A DNA stretch of 63,991 nucleotides, counting the filler, from Hyphochytrium catenoides (Eukaryota; Protista; Hyphochytriomycota), in the NCBI GenBank assembly GCA_900088475.1. It is 10 parts of 10 records of this genome, joined end to end, with 100 filler letters (N's around TTAATTAATTAA, not from the genome) between each part and the next. Parts side by side here need not be neighbours in the genome. Positions count along the whole stretch, not along the records: positions 14,380 to 34,876 come from FLMG01003213.1; positions 34,977 to 42,573 come from FLMG01004592.1; 8 more parts are not named here. One strand, given 5' to 3'. Shown here piece by piece: positions 25,450 to 37,977 of the stretch; the first letter of the stretch is position 1, and each line of letters starts with the position of its first letter. The translations under genes were made by a program, and so were the position numbers. The notes under the pieces are model-generated. The model did not search any database. It was given only the letters and a program-made list of their open reading frames with translations, and was not told the DNA's origin.

Positions 25450-27969
25450 TTTTGACAACCTTGAGACAGAGAACCGAATGTCTCTCTACTTTTTACCTAG
25501 ATATTCTATGTCTTCTCTCTCCCTCTCCTGCCCTCTCAGTGTCTCTGTCTTTCTTTTTCTCTTTCTTGTCTCCTGGGCTTAGCAATAGCCAGGCGAGAAT
25601 CGCTCTTTTCTCTTTCCTTGCGATGGCCTCCGAGCAGCGACGGGAGAGAAAGGGAAGGAAAGGAAGAGACAATGAAGAGAGAGAATTTAGGATTAGGGAA
25701 GCTTTAAGCTTTCTTCTTCTTAACTGCATACGGCAGAGCAAGAAGCGCCGTCTCTCTTTCCCATCTCTCTCCTACACACTCACTCTCTCTCTCTCTCTCG
25801 ACACACGCTCCCTCTTTTCCTTTACGCCTGCTTTTGCCTTGCTCTCTTAACCTAACTCCTTGTTTCCTTGTGCTTGTTCTGACAGCTTCTTCTTCTTACT
25901 CCGTCCCCTTCCTTCTCTTCTCTCTCTTCTTGGTCTCGCTCTAGTCTTCTTGCTTCTAGTCGGCACTCAGTTGGGACAGCGGCGATCTGTGCTTTCTCTC
26001 ACCTGAAAGCGGTCAGAAAGTAATGAGTGCGAAGGCAAGGGGAGAGAGAGAGAGATTGCAGAGACAGACAGAGCGAGAAAGAGAGAGAAGGGGAGAGGGA
26101 AGGGGAGAGAGAGACACGAAAAAGAGAGAGTGAAAGCCGGAAGGTGTGTGTGTGTGTGTGGGAGGGGGAGGGAGAACGAGAGAGAGAAGGAGAGAAGAGA
26201 AAAGAGAGAGAGAGAAAGAGAGANNNNNNNNNNNNNNNNNNNNNNNNNNNNNNNNNNNNNNNNNNNNNNNNNNNNNNNNNNNNNNNNNNNNNNNNNNNNN
26301 NNNNNNNNNNNNNNNNNNNNNNNNCTTGTCCTGTACGACGTCGTACACCATCCCGCTCATAGTTCGTGACGGTGTAGCTGAGCCGCTTGTGATTGTGATC
26401 ATCGCTCTTCTTCCTCGCGCTGAGGCGGCGGAGGCTTCTTCTCCTCCGCACCAGGAACATCGGACCTTCTCCTCGTCTCACAACGATAGCTTTACATCTT
26501 CATCGTGCACTCAGTGTTGTCGTTGAATGAAGAAGAACGTGAGAGATTCTGCAGCGTATCCTCCTCCCTCGCTCCTCTTCTTCTGCAGTTATTAGATGCT
26601 GTTCTTCTTCTTCTTGCTTTGTCTTGCAGAAGAAGAAGAGAAGAGTTATGATAGTCTGGGTGCATTTCTTCTTCTCCTCCTCCTCTCTCTTTTATAATTA
26701 TAGCTGGAGGGAGAAGATTCCACTATGATTCTTCCTCTTTTGATTGCGATGTTGTCTCTTCTCTTCTTCTGTCTCTTTGCCGTCTTCTCTTCTTTCTCTC
26801 CTCCGTCCTTCTTCTTCTCTTCTTCTTCTTCTTCTTCCTTTCTTCATCTTTCCTCCTCCGAGTTGCAGCTGGTAAGTTATATAGAGGTGCCTCTTCAAAG
26901 CAGAAAGAAAGGAATAGATACAAAGGAAAGGATATTGTGGTTCTACTACCATTAGTAGTAGAGGAAAGTTTTTTCGAGGATTGCCATCTCTAATGATGAA
27001 GGTCAGCCATACTCATGCCTGCACTTGTAAGGGAGTGCGCTGCTGATTTAGTCATGAAGAGAAGACGATAAGTTATGACAATATCAACAATGAAAAAATA
27101 TATAAAGAAGAGGCTCCGCTGTGTCCTCTCTTCTTCTTCGTTTGTCCTCCTGGTGCGTGGTGTGAAGAAGGGTTTACAAGGGACTTGTTGGATGGTGGCG
27201 ATAGATGACTGGGGAAGAAGAAGAAGGATTGGGCTTCCCTTCTTCGATAATGCGGTCAGAGTAAAAAAAGAAGAAGGAAACAGATGAAAAAAGATGACCA
27301 CCAGACACCACCAGAAGCAAATGACTGAAGAAAGATCTTGAAAAAAGGAGGAGGCGGCGCCAAGAAGAGAACGAGCTATAAGAAGAAGGACAACGAGGAG
27401 AAAGAGGACACTTTATGGCGGTGTTGCTCTTCCGCTGTCTATAACATTAGCAATGCCCTATAATGAAAGACCCTGAAGATTGGCAACAGCGGCAGCAGCG
27501 GAGGCTGCGGCGAGAGCATCATCATCATCAGGGTGGAGGAGGAGGAAAAGATTGGGATAGTTGGGGGTGACAGAGAGGCCGTTAGCGGCTAGTATATGGC
27601 CCTGTGGTTATTAGTCTGTCTTTTGTGTAGAGAATCTGTGAAGGTCAATGGAGGACGTAACTTCTTTGTCGTCCGCAAGGGTTTTCTGCTTTTCTCTTTC
27701 TTCCTCTCCCTCTCTCTCTCTCGTTCTCTCTTGCTCTCTCTCCTCTCTCTCTCTCTCTTTCTGTCTCTCTGTCTCTCTCTCTCTCGCTGTCGCCTGCTGC
27801 CCAACGCGATGATCCTCCTCCACTCTCCTCCTCCACTCTGCCTGGAACCCAGTTCTTCCTTTCATCGCTGTGCTCCACATTAATTCGTCAATCTTCATGC
27901 AAGAAGCAGGATCTACCTAACCTTGGGAATGTCTGCATCCTTCGAGCTCTGCCCGCTGAAGCCAAGACA

Positions 27970-29127
27970 ATGGCTACGGTGCCAAGGGGCCTAGGTGTCG
28001 CTTCGCTTGTAGTCGGCTGCCTCCTTCTCTTGGCACTGACTCGACTCTATGAGACCTCGAACACACCAGGAAGGGACAATGCACTGTACATCGTCGAGCC
28101 CATCAGAGAGACGCTAGGGCAAAGGGCACACAACAACAGCTCACAGCCGAGGATCGCTCTGGTTCTCTACTCAGACCCAGGCTCTTATCTGCAGAGATTT
28201 AAGCATGGGATAGCAGATCAGCAGTGCTACGCCATTCGCCATGGCTATAGCTTTATCCTGGAGACAGGTCTCTCCGATGGCCATGTTATGTTTAGGAAGC
28301 TTCGGACGGCCAGGAAGTACTTTGACTACTTTGATGTGATAGTGGGCACAGATGCAGACACGTTTGTCGGCTTCCATACAAAGACCATTGAGGAGTATCT
28401 AGACGAAGACCATGATATCTACGTGCAGGCTCGCTTTCATAACGCGGAGATAATGGGCGCGTTCTACATCATTAGGACTACGGAGTATGCCAAGAGATGG
28501 GTGGACGAATGGCTCTCCTACGAGAAGCGGCAGGAGGCCGTTAATGGCGATAATGGCCCATTGCATATCCATATTGCCCGATCGCTGTTTGCCCCTGGGC
28601 ATGAAGGGCTGAAGATATGTGAGAAGAAGTGGACCGGTCTCTTGGACGGTAGCAATCAAGACTATCTGGCATATGTTCACTGCGTGCGAAAACTCCTAGC
28701 AGCACCAGTTAAGCGCGAGGATTGCGAGACTACGAAGAAAGGCAGGATCAAGGTTTTCAGTACCTTGAATGGCTTTGCACGGGTCTTCGAAAAGATCCCG
28801 ACTGCAGACGAGCCTTGCCATGCAGGAGGTAACTTCTGGTGCTCTTTGCTCGGAAACGAGTTGTTTGTCCACTCGAAGTTTCCAGAAGACTATGTTGACT
28901 TGGATAGGACCTTTACCTCTTGCGACAAGGACTTTGTCGTGAATCCTAAGAATCTTCGTTTCAAGACCCGAGAAGAGGCTACTCGTGCAATTGAAAGAGC
29001 TCGAGTCCATGTGTCCGTCGTCCCCTATGCCCAAGAGGTTGCAAAGAATGTCTCTGAGTGTCACCCTGATTGCCCGCCTGCCTGGGACTCGAAGCGGTAT
29101 CAAGACGTCTGTAGGACACTTAGATGA
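27970..29127 (+). CDS. Intronless type II membrane glycosyltransferase-like protein, DUF273 / GT34-like
   Basis: N-terminal TM segment; CYAIRHGY, DxD motif GTDADT, IEEYLD, RFHNAEIMGAFYIIR, DNGPLH and ELFVH follow the DUF273 pattern. Confidence 0.8.
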   Translation: MATVPRGLGVASLVVGCLLLLALTRLYETSNTPGRDNALYIVEPIRETLGQRAHNNSSQPRIALVLYSDPGSYLQRFKHGIADQQCYAIRHGYSFILETGLSDGHVMFRKLRTARKYFDYFDVIVGTDADTFVGFHTKTIEEYLDEDHDIYVQARFHNAEIMGAFYIIRTTEYAKRWVDEWLSYEKRQEAVNGDNGPLHIHIARSLFAPGHEGLKICEKKWTGLLDGSNQDYLAYVHCVRKLLAAPVKREDCETTKKGRIKVFSTLNGFARVFEKIPTADEPCHAGGNFWCSLLGNELFVHSKFPEDYVDLDRTFTSCDKDFVVNPKNLRFKTREEATRAIERARVHVSVVPYAQEVAKNVSECHPDCPPAWDSKRYQDVCRTLR

Positions 29128-31252
29128 GTTGAATGCTTGATGAAGTCTGATATGGCTATGAACGCCATGGAGCATACCAGCAGCAGGCCGACTGTGACGA
29201 TGGGACCATGTCATTCACAAAAAGGCTAGCTAGCTTACCACCTAAGCCTAACCCTTCATAGGCCATCAGTAAGCCTGACCCATTTTCTCGACCTATCCTC
29301 ATGCCTTTGAGCCTGTTAAGAGCTACTATCTGTCAGCACGAGTAGGAGTGATGGAGTTCTCTCGGTTGGGTCTCTTGCCCATCTTCTCCATCCCTTGGCG
29401 GGGTATCTTCTTATACCTCTCCTCTACTTTGAATAGCACTTCATAGTAACTCTCTTCCGGTTTTAGTTATGCCTGCGCTTCTCTTGCCTGGTACATAGTG
29501 TGTGTCCTAACTGAGGGAACCAAGGGTGGGTTTAAAGGCAAGCCTTCTGCTATGAGGCGACGAGACTCAGCGACGAGGAGATGGTCTACAGATGGGGAGT
29601 GTCGCCTGACAGAAGTATTAGCTTCTTTCGTCTCATCTAGGTAATCAGATCATCATCTCTCTACTCACTACGACCTAAAACAGGCTGTTCGGGATGCCAG
29701 ATAGAGATTTTGCTGGTAGAGGCCACTGTATCTCAACTAAGCTTTAGGAAGAGACAGTAGATTAATTGCCTTAAAGATGCACTATCGATGAGGCTAGGAA
29801 GTTACTGACCATGAAGGCGCGCCGTTCGGTCTGTTCCCTTGATTGAAGGCTTATTTGTGACAGGAAAGTGAGTAGTTTTATGACTGCTACTGCCAAGATA
29901 ACAGAGACCACTAACAGAGATCACCTTCTTCAGCTGCATAGGCTGCCTGTCTGTTCATAGCACTGCTCATCCTGCTGGCATCGCGCACGGAGGAGGAGCC
30001 GATGTCATCATCTTCTTCTTCCGGACTCAGATCTTTGCTGATGCTGCACCGCGGCGCCGTTTGCTGTTTCTCTTCCAAAAAAAATCTCTTCAGAGGAAAG
30101 ACCATCACACGGTACCGCTAACGCCTAGAATAGGTACCGTTAACGTCTCATAACCTTTGTTCTCCTGTGATTTGTTGACCAGCTTTGGCCTTTCCTGTCA
30201 AACGGTTGGGGGATAAAGTGTGGTAGCTTGTGACTGTGGTGAGGTGACTTCTTTCGGTCCGTTTCGGACGAAGAAACGAACAAGAATGCGAAAGAAAAGA
30301 ATGAACAAGGAACCATTCTTTGAGTCCCAATGTGAGGTGGAGAGAAAAGGAAAAGAAAGGGATATATTTCCAATATTTCGTCACAAGTCTAGGGAAGCTC
30401 ATTCTTTTTCCTACCCTTTTTGTTTTAGGATTTGTGGTCCAACCTTCGTGCTTGCCTTAGACTGGGTTATTTTACAAGGCCAGTTGAAACTGCTTCATAT
30501 CTCTGACTCCCGTTTATTTTATACCCTTAGTTTTGGCTGTGGGGCTGCCATGGCGTTGGAAAGTGGACTAAGTTCTGGGTAAGATGTTGTTATTTTCTGG
30601 GTGGACTGGGACTATTTCGTTCTCAAATTTGGTGGTTAGCGATATCCTGGCAACAGATTTCGGTGTCAGTTTCTAGTTGTCGGATAGTGGGACCAGTGTG
30701 GTTTTGATTGGCCACTGTATATTCGTGCATAACAGACAAAGACTCTGTCTGTTCCGAGCCTTTCCCTTAGAAAGGACAAAGTTATGGTGGTTCCTCATAA
30801 GTCCAATATCTCTTTTCTGCTCCGTGTGTCTGGTAGGAACGCCCCATAGGTCTAACGTTTTATTAGAGTCGGAACGGCTTTGATGACCAGCTTTATCAAC
30901 AGAAACCAAAGCCAAAGCTGCCGTTGTCAGGCCTCCTGCTGGCGAGAGCCTTGAGAGCTTGAGGTTAGTCCACTTCTTGGATGAGTGCTTGGCGTTGCTT
31001 GCTTACCCTTCGTCGTCTTATGACAGATGGAAGCTCCTGCAGAGAGGTGAAGGGCACTTCTTCATAGTCATTATCTCCCAGCAATGATCTGCATACCATT
31101 CCGCCGCCTTTCCCGCCTCCCCTGTCCAGTCCACATTCCTTTCTCCCATGCGGTCAATCTGTCCAACAAAGCTCTAGAAGCAAAGAGAATGGGCATGACT
31201 AGATAATCAGAGTCGTAGTAAGCAGGTGTCCTTCGCACTTATCCGAGCAACG

Positions 31253-32245
31253 ATGATCTCTTTTACCTTCGGAGCCACTAAGCCGAAGAAGGCGCAGGGA
31301 CCGATGCTGCGTGGTGGAGCAGTAGTTATTCTTTTTCTATGCGGGCTCTTCAGTCTCTATGCGGTATTCAGACCGCCGGTCTGCGCCACAAAGCCTTGGA
31401 ACCTTGGGACGGAGGAAGAGCAGCCGGCGCTCTGGGCTAAGGAGGAACAAAGACCTCCCCCTCGGCCTGATGTTCTCGTGGTTGGAGCATTCTTCTCAGG
31501 CAAGCAGGACCCTCAACGGGGAAGAAATTTCAAAAATTGTAAGGACTATCTAAAACCTTGGTACGATTCTATCCATGCAACCGGAATGCGAGGAGTACTG
31601 CTGCATGATGGCCTGTCCCAAGACTTCATAAAGGAATTGACAACCGATTCTTTCAGTTTTGTCCTGGTAAACACAACCAGGATGCATCAAGCGCTCTGGC
31701 CTGCAGAATGGCGGATGTTTGCACTCTATGACTATCTCCGCCTCAACTCAGACCTCAACTACGTTTTCTCCACCGACGTGTCTGATGTCACCTTTAACTT
31801 TCATGTGGGAGATTTCATAAGAAATCAGTCTGACGCAAGTCTCTTCCTGGCGTATGAAGGTGGTCCTGACATGGGATGGATGCAGGGCACCTGGCAGAGG
31901 TGCTTCAAGGAACCTTATCCACCAGCACAAAAGAAAGTGTATGCCGCAGGACTCTTTGGTGGCAAGCGGGATGCGCTGGTGACTCATCTCTACGTGGTGA
32001 AGACCTTCCTCGAAGAGCTTGCAGCTAAGAATCCTGGCGCTGCAGGTGTGTGTGACATGGTTGCCCATAATAAGGCCGTCTACCAGTACTGGAAGATGGA
32101 TAAGAAGAGCGAAAGTATTGTATGGGAGGAAGGTCAGCCCTTGTATAACAAGATCAAGACTGACAAGGGAGAACCTGGCGAGGAGGATGACATCCTCAGT
32201 ACCTACTCTATCGTTCATCGGCATCGCCATATAAACTGCCCATAA
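31253..32245 (+). CDS. Intronless type II membrane protein with a probable GT-A fold
   Basis: TM segment near the N-terminus; DPQR, WYDSI, LLHDGLS, RMFALYDYL, DxD-like FSTDVSDV, GLFGG, CDM and a C-terminal IVH. Confidence 0.65.
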   Translation: MISFTFGATKPKKAQGPMLRGGAVVILFLCGLFSLYAVFRPPVCATKPWNLGTEEEQPALWAKEEQRPPPRPDVLVVGAFFSGKQDPQRGRNFKNCKDYLKPWYDSIHATGMRGVLLHDGLSQDFIKELTTDSFSFVLVNTTRMHQALWPAEWRMFALYDYLRLNSDLNYVFSTDVSDVTFNFHVGDFIRNQSDASLFLAYEGGPDMGWMQGTWQRCFKEPYPPAQKKVYAAGLFGGKRDALVTHLYVVKTFLEELAAKNPGAAGVCDMVAHNKAVYQYWKMDKKSESIVWEEGQPLYNKIKTDKGEPGEEDDILSTYSIVHRHRHINCP

Positions 32246-35211
32246 GCTAGGACGGACAGCTTTCTCAACGGTGGCTTGCCTTCCCAACATGCCAAGAAGA
32301 GAGGCGCAGTAACTTCTAGCCCTATATCTTGTTTTAGCGACTGCGATCGAGGCGGGGAACAACCGCACTCTGAGAATGTGACGCATTGACGCAGCAAATT
32401 ACTAGTACTTCATAGCAGAGCATACCGCCACTCCCTAGGACCACACGGGGATGCATCTTTCTTTGCTAGCCCTGAGTGACACCGGGGCTATGATGGCAAA
32501 GACGAAGGAAGGCAGAGAACAAGTGGCCTAAAGAAGAATGAAGAGACCTTGCACGTGCATTCTAAGAGCGTGGCAATGGGACACATCTCCTGCTGGTAGC
32601 TTCCTAGGCCTGTTGGCCCGCTTCTTCGGTGCTACTATTGTGACTTTTCCCACCATCATTGTCGATCAGAACTAGTTCTGCCGATATCTCCTTTAACTTT
32701 AAATGTAAACATTGACCGCAAAACTTTTATAAGTGCTGTTCTGGTGATGAACTTAGTGGTCGAGTTTGCCGCTGTTGCTGCTGTCCCTTGCTGCATGTGA
32801 CGTCTGTGCCGCTCGGCCGGATGGATTGTAGAACGGTAGGGAAGAATCTGAGAAGGCAGTCACGTCATGCAACCCTTGTTTGAAAGGGGTAGGAAGCTTC
32901 TTCATCGGCGTTGGCGATTATCTCATTGAAGCCAGTCTTTTGCCCAGAAGCGGTATTGTTTGGACCATATATAGAAGGAGGCGATAACTCGCTGTCTCTT
33001 GATGAAGCAAGAACTACGCGAGGGGGTTGTTGCTGCTGACATATCTCTGGTGTCACCATCAAAAGTATGTCCTTATTCACTAATGAGGAGGGCTCTCAGC
33101 GGGATTCTTTCTTCATTGCGAACCAACTATCGCTGCTTAGCCGACAACAGGTAAAAAGGCTCCTATCAATTTTTTCAAGCACTTATCTACTATCCAAAAA
33201 TGCGGCTGAATGGCCATAGGTGGTACTGGAGTGTCCATAGCATGGTACTGGAGTGTCCATGCTTTGCTTATAAAGATCCCGGAACCACTCTGTCCCCGCT
33301 GGAATGAATCTTCCAAATGTCAGCATCTTTCAATCCTGCGCAGATGAGTAGATTATAACTAAGTAGCCGCAAGAGCCGGCCTTTCTTGTCATCACTTCTA
33401 CCGCCATCATGGAATCATGCTTCAGGTCCCCATAAGGCTCACTTCTCGATAATAGAGAACGCTCTGTAGCATGTGACGCAGCCAGGCATCTACATTATAC
33501 TCTTGAAAGAGCATAAGCAAAGCTGGTACTAAAAGTTACCATCCTATCCTTTATCCTCTGTCGCCTGCTGATGGTGCCCTACGACCCATAATCTTCTATA
33601 GAGCTAGTGCAGTATCGTCTTCATGAGCTTCAAAATTCAAGTCTGTACAAGGAAGGCCCTTTGTTACTTCTGTAAAATGAGATGATGAAGCGCAGCAGTG
33701 GGTAGCGGCGCCAGATGCTGCAGAACAAGTACAAGTAGCAAGTGCCGGTATAAAGATCTTTGCAAGTCCAGACCTTGGACTTGTAATTAGTCAAACGACT
33801 GTAAAGGCCGTGGAAACCTTCTTTCTAGAAATCAAGAAATACTTGTACAGGTACATACGTACATACTCCAATTATTAGGCTTCCCCAACTAGTAAGTAAA
33901 TAGAATTACACAAGCTCAAGCTTACTTAGAAGTACAAGTAGCCTTATCATTGTTTACAAGAGGAACTTTGACTTGTGATTACTTAGAAGAAGGGGAGCTT
34001 CCGTACTTCCTGTGTTGTAATAATATTGTTCCTGGTACAGTGGTAATCTGGTTCTACTTGGACGGACCTACCTGCTCCCCGCTAGGGTTCTATACTGTAA
34101 GTAAACTCTCGAACTGGTTCTACTTGTGGCATACTAAGGGGCTGCTTTAGGGCTTGCTTATTATAGAGAGCAGCCTGGCAACAAGTAGCTTCTGAGGACT
34201 TAAGTACGTGGCGGTACTTGGATCTTGTTGCAAGAGATTTATGAGTGTTCTCTACTTGGTCCCTGCCCCTGGCCCCTGCCCTATTGATAACCTTGGACAT
34301 TGGGCCCAACCCAGGAACGCATCTGTGGTGTAGTTCTTCACATCCCAAGCTTCAATGAAGCATTGTGGGTCCCATGCAGAAATAGTGTGTTTGAAGTGAA
34401 CGGTGTGCTATTGAGCTGTTATATATGAGACAAGGATTCTGTGTTTGAGGCCCGAGCTTGTGTTAGTCTTTCGTGTTGGCTGCTGGGCTCGTGGGTGTAC
34501 GTCCTTGTTGTTATCTGAACAGGATTGCAGGTTGATCTGAGTCGCTGTCCCTTTTACGGGGACAGCCACATTCTTAATTTGATTCAAAATAACGTGTGAC
34601 CCTTAATAGCAGTTTTCATTATAACAGGAGATAGCTAACCTAAAGAGAGACAGAAATGGACGGAGGTAGAGCAGAGAGAGACATATCCAGTGCAAGACAG
34701 AGCACAAAGCATTCCTTATCAAGGGGTTATAGAGCCAGATTGTTAGAAAGAGTGAAATAAATAGAGAATCTTGCAAGAAAGAGTAAATATAGATACGGTG
34801 GTAGGAGAGCCAGAGTCTCGGTAACCTTCAAGCCTGACCATTCTCACACACACGGAGCGGTTAGAAGAAAGAGACANNNNNNNNNNNNNNNNNNNNNNNN
34901 NNNNNNNNNNNNNNNNNNNNTTAATTAATTAANNNNNNNNNNNNNNNNNNNNNNNNNNNNNNNNNNNNNNNNNNNNCTCAGTCTGATGCAGGTGGGAAGA
35001 GCAAAGGGCTGCAGAGGGAAAACGAGAGAGAGGCAACGGATCCTTGAAGAGCCAGCAGGAGCCAAGAATCGGACGAGAAGTGGAGGGAGAGGACGGCGCT
35101 TCTTGAAGATCCGACAGCAGTTCCTTTCGTGGCTGGCTATCTCTTCTCTCCTCTCTCTTCCTCTTCTTCATTGCTCACTCACTCGCTCTCCGTTGTAGTC
35201 GTTCTCTTCCT

Positions 35212-35242
<31 letters not shown>

Positions 35243-35256
35243 TTTACTCTCTCTCC

Positions 35257-35289
<33 letters not shown>

Positions 35290-37977
35290 ACTCTCTCTAT
35301 CTGTCTCTCTCTCTCTCTCTCTCTCTTTCTTTCTTCCCCCCCCTTCTCTCTCNNNNNNNNNNNNNNNNNNNNNNNNNNNNNNNNTCTCTCTCTCTCTCTC
35401 TCTCTGTCTCTCTCCCCCCCTCCTTCCTTTCCCCCTTGCTTTTACCCTTCACCATTCTCTTGATTCTCTCTTGCGCAGTTTGATCAGCTAACCCTAACAT
35501 TATCCGCCATTTAGGATATTGGAACATTTACGAAGTTACTCGGTCCTTACCCCAAAATACGCTTCATCTTCAACTTTTTTCATACATAAAAAAAGCAAAT
35601 CTGTCCCATGTCTTTCGAATACGAAAACTCCCGTCTCCCACCAAAAGAAGCCATTCGCGTGTCCTGATAATACGCCCACAAGCGACGGGTAACGGCTATG
35701 ATTCTAGCAAAAGATTTCTTGAATGTGTATGGGAAGAGTGCACCAGAAGATGGCACCACTGCTGTCTCTTGGATGTGGAAAGAGCAGGGCCTTCATTCCA
35801 TTAGCGAGAAGTCCGAGCAGGGAGGCAGGCGTGAAGGAGGAGGAGGTCGGGAGAAGAAGAGAGAGGTCCCATTACTTAGTTGAGATCCGTCACGACCAAC
35901 CTGCAGGGCAGCAGCGGAGGGAGTAGAGTAGATGCAAAGAGAAGATTCCGAGTCGCAACCAACTTGCGGGGCAGCAGAGGAGGGACTAGAGTGGATGCCC
36001 TTAGAAGGGAAGGGCGAGAGAAGAGTTGATAGAGAAGGTGAATGACAAAGCCGTCAAACTTTCTCCGAAGTACGTCAGGACCGAGAAGAGAGAGAGGGGA
36101 ATAAAGGAGCCGAAGAACAAAGGAGTTAGTTACCCAGAGAGACACCACGATACCCTCTCCGTTTAAATGTCCACTCCATTCTTCCTCTTTAAATAGCTCT
36201 TAGTTCAACGCCAAAGGTATAGCATGATTCACGGGATGAGAATGTTTTCTAGAGGATGTAGCTACTTCTAAGAGCCTTGAGGTAGCGCGGGCGTAAGCTT
36301 GCTTCTGATGTAGAATCATAGAAGTGCTGAGGATAGACGTATTATAGGGGCGCTCAGTACCGCAGCCACTCTGCTTGCTGGCATCTTTCTGCAGCCAGCT
36401 CTCTATGTCTGTCATCCTGAGCTTTCTTCCGGCTCCTTGATCCTTTCCTCTCACTGTTCTGCTGTCTCTCCTGTCCTTCCCTCGTAGCGAGAGACGACGC
36501 AGTGTATTTTTTGCTTTTGTATAGTTAAGACTAGACAAATGTCGGAGAGGTCGAGGACAACGTGGCGATGACAACCTAACACCACAACGACAGCAGCAGA
36601 GGTGAGGCATGAGATATGTTCTAGTGCTAGGCTTTCTCCCTTAGAGTTACTGGCCACTCTGCTCCTTTCCTTTCACTCGGCGGCAAGACAAGAGAAGAGA
36701 GATGAAGACGCTCTGAGCTAAGTAGCAGTCGTGATAACGGAGAGGGAAATAAAGAGTGCTAAAGAAAGCAAGCGAAGAAGAGGAGAAAGTGGTAGGAGGT
36801 AGCACCTTCTTGTCGCGATTTGGCAGTTAGCGCACACAATAGTTGAACCTGCTCTTTCTCTCTTTCCGGAAGTCCTGATGCTTCTCATCCGCCAATTCTT
36901 GCTCTGTCGGTCGTCATCACCTCCGGCGTGTCGCCTCATGTCGTCCTTAGCTTCTTCATCTTCTCTTCTCATCACCCTTCCTGATCTTTGTTACTACTAG
37001 GAGGAGCTTAATGCTATTGTCACATACACCAGGTAGGGAGAGAGGGAGATGGATGATGCCCGAATGCATATCTGTTTTCCTTGTTTCTTCTCTCTTTCTC
37101 TCTCTCTCCTCATCTACTGGTTCATCAGGTGGTTGATCTCTGCATCTCTTCCTCAGATGACCGTCCTCCTCCTGTTCCTCTACTTCCCTATGATCTGCCC
37201 TGTCAGTTGAGAGATGAACGAAAGGCAATGGTAGCTGAGCAGTAGTAGCTGAGCCATAGCAGCTGAGCAATAGTGGTCTATAGTAGCGTTAGCGGTAGGC
37301 AAAACGGCCTTTTTCGTTGAATAGATGCCAAGATTTTCTATAGTCACTCTCTCTCTTTCTTTCTCTCTCTCTCTCTCTCGCTTTCTCTCTCTCTCTCTCC
37401 CCTCTCTCTCCCTTCTTTCTCTCTGTCTCTTCTCTCTCTCTCTCTTTCTTTCTCTCTCTCTCCCTCTCTCTCTCTCTGTCTCCTCTCTTCTCTCTCTCTG
37501 TTCGGTGCTCTCCCCTCTTGTCCGCTAGGAACTATTTTCCCTCGGCTGTGGTCTTCTCTTGAGGTGCCGTGCGAGGCTGATCGGCGATCAACGCCATCCC
37601 TGATCTTTCGGGTGTCTCCTTCCCTTCGCAGCCGTCCAGTCTCCCTCAATGCATACAGCCCCCGGAGAGCGCAGCAGCAACGCGTAGGAGAAGAGAGAGA
37701 GAGGGAGAGAGACCGAGAGAGAGAGGCGGGAACGGGAGAGCAAAAGCTAAGGGAGACGTAGAAATTCCGGTTGGGATTTTCCATCCTGAACCGAGAGCAA
37801 AGAAGAAAGCAGCGCTGTTAGGAAGGGAAAGCCATTGTCATCCCATCATCCCCCGACTCACTAGCCTCACCTAGGAGAGGTGCCTAGAAGAATCAATAAA
37901 GAGCCAGGCATACGGAGTTACAGAGAAAGAGAGAAGAGAGAGAGGAGAGAGAGAGAGAGAGAGAGAAGTCCCAAGCG

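Noticed and set aside
34544-34606. GCTGTCCC...GGGACAGC hairpin followed by CCCTTAA, as a Kolobok or Helitron terminus
   Set aside because: No matching opposite end or transposase was found in the scaffold.
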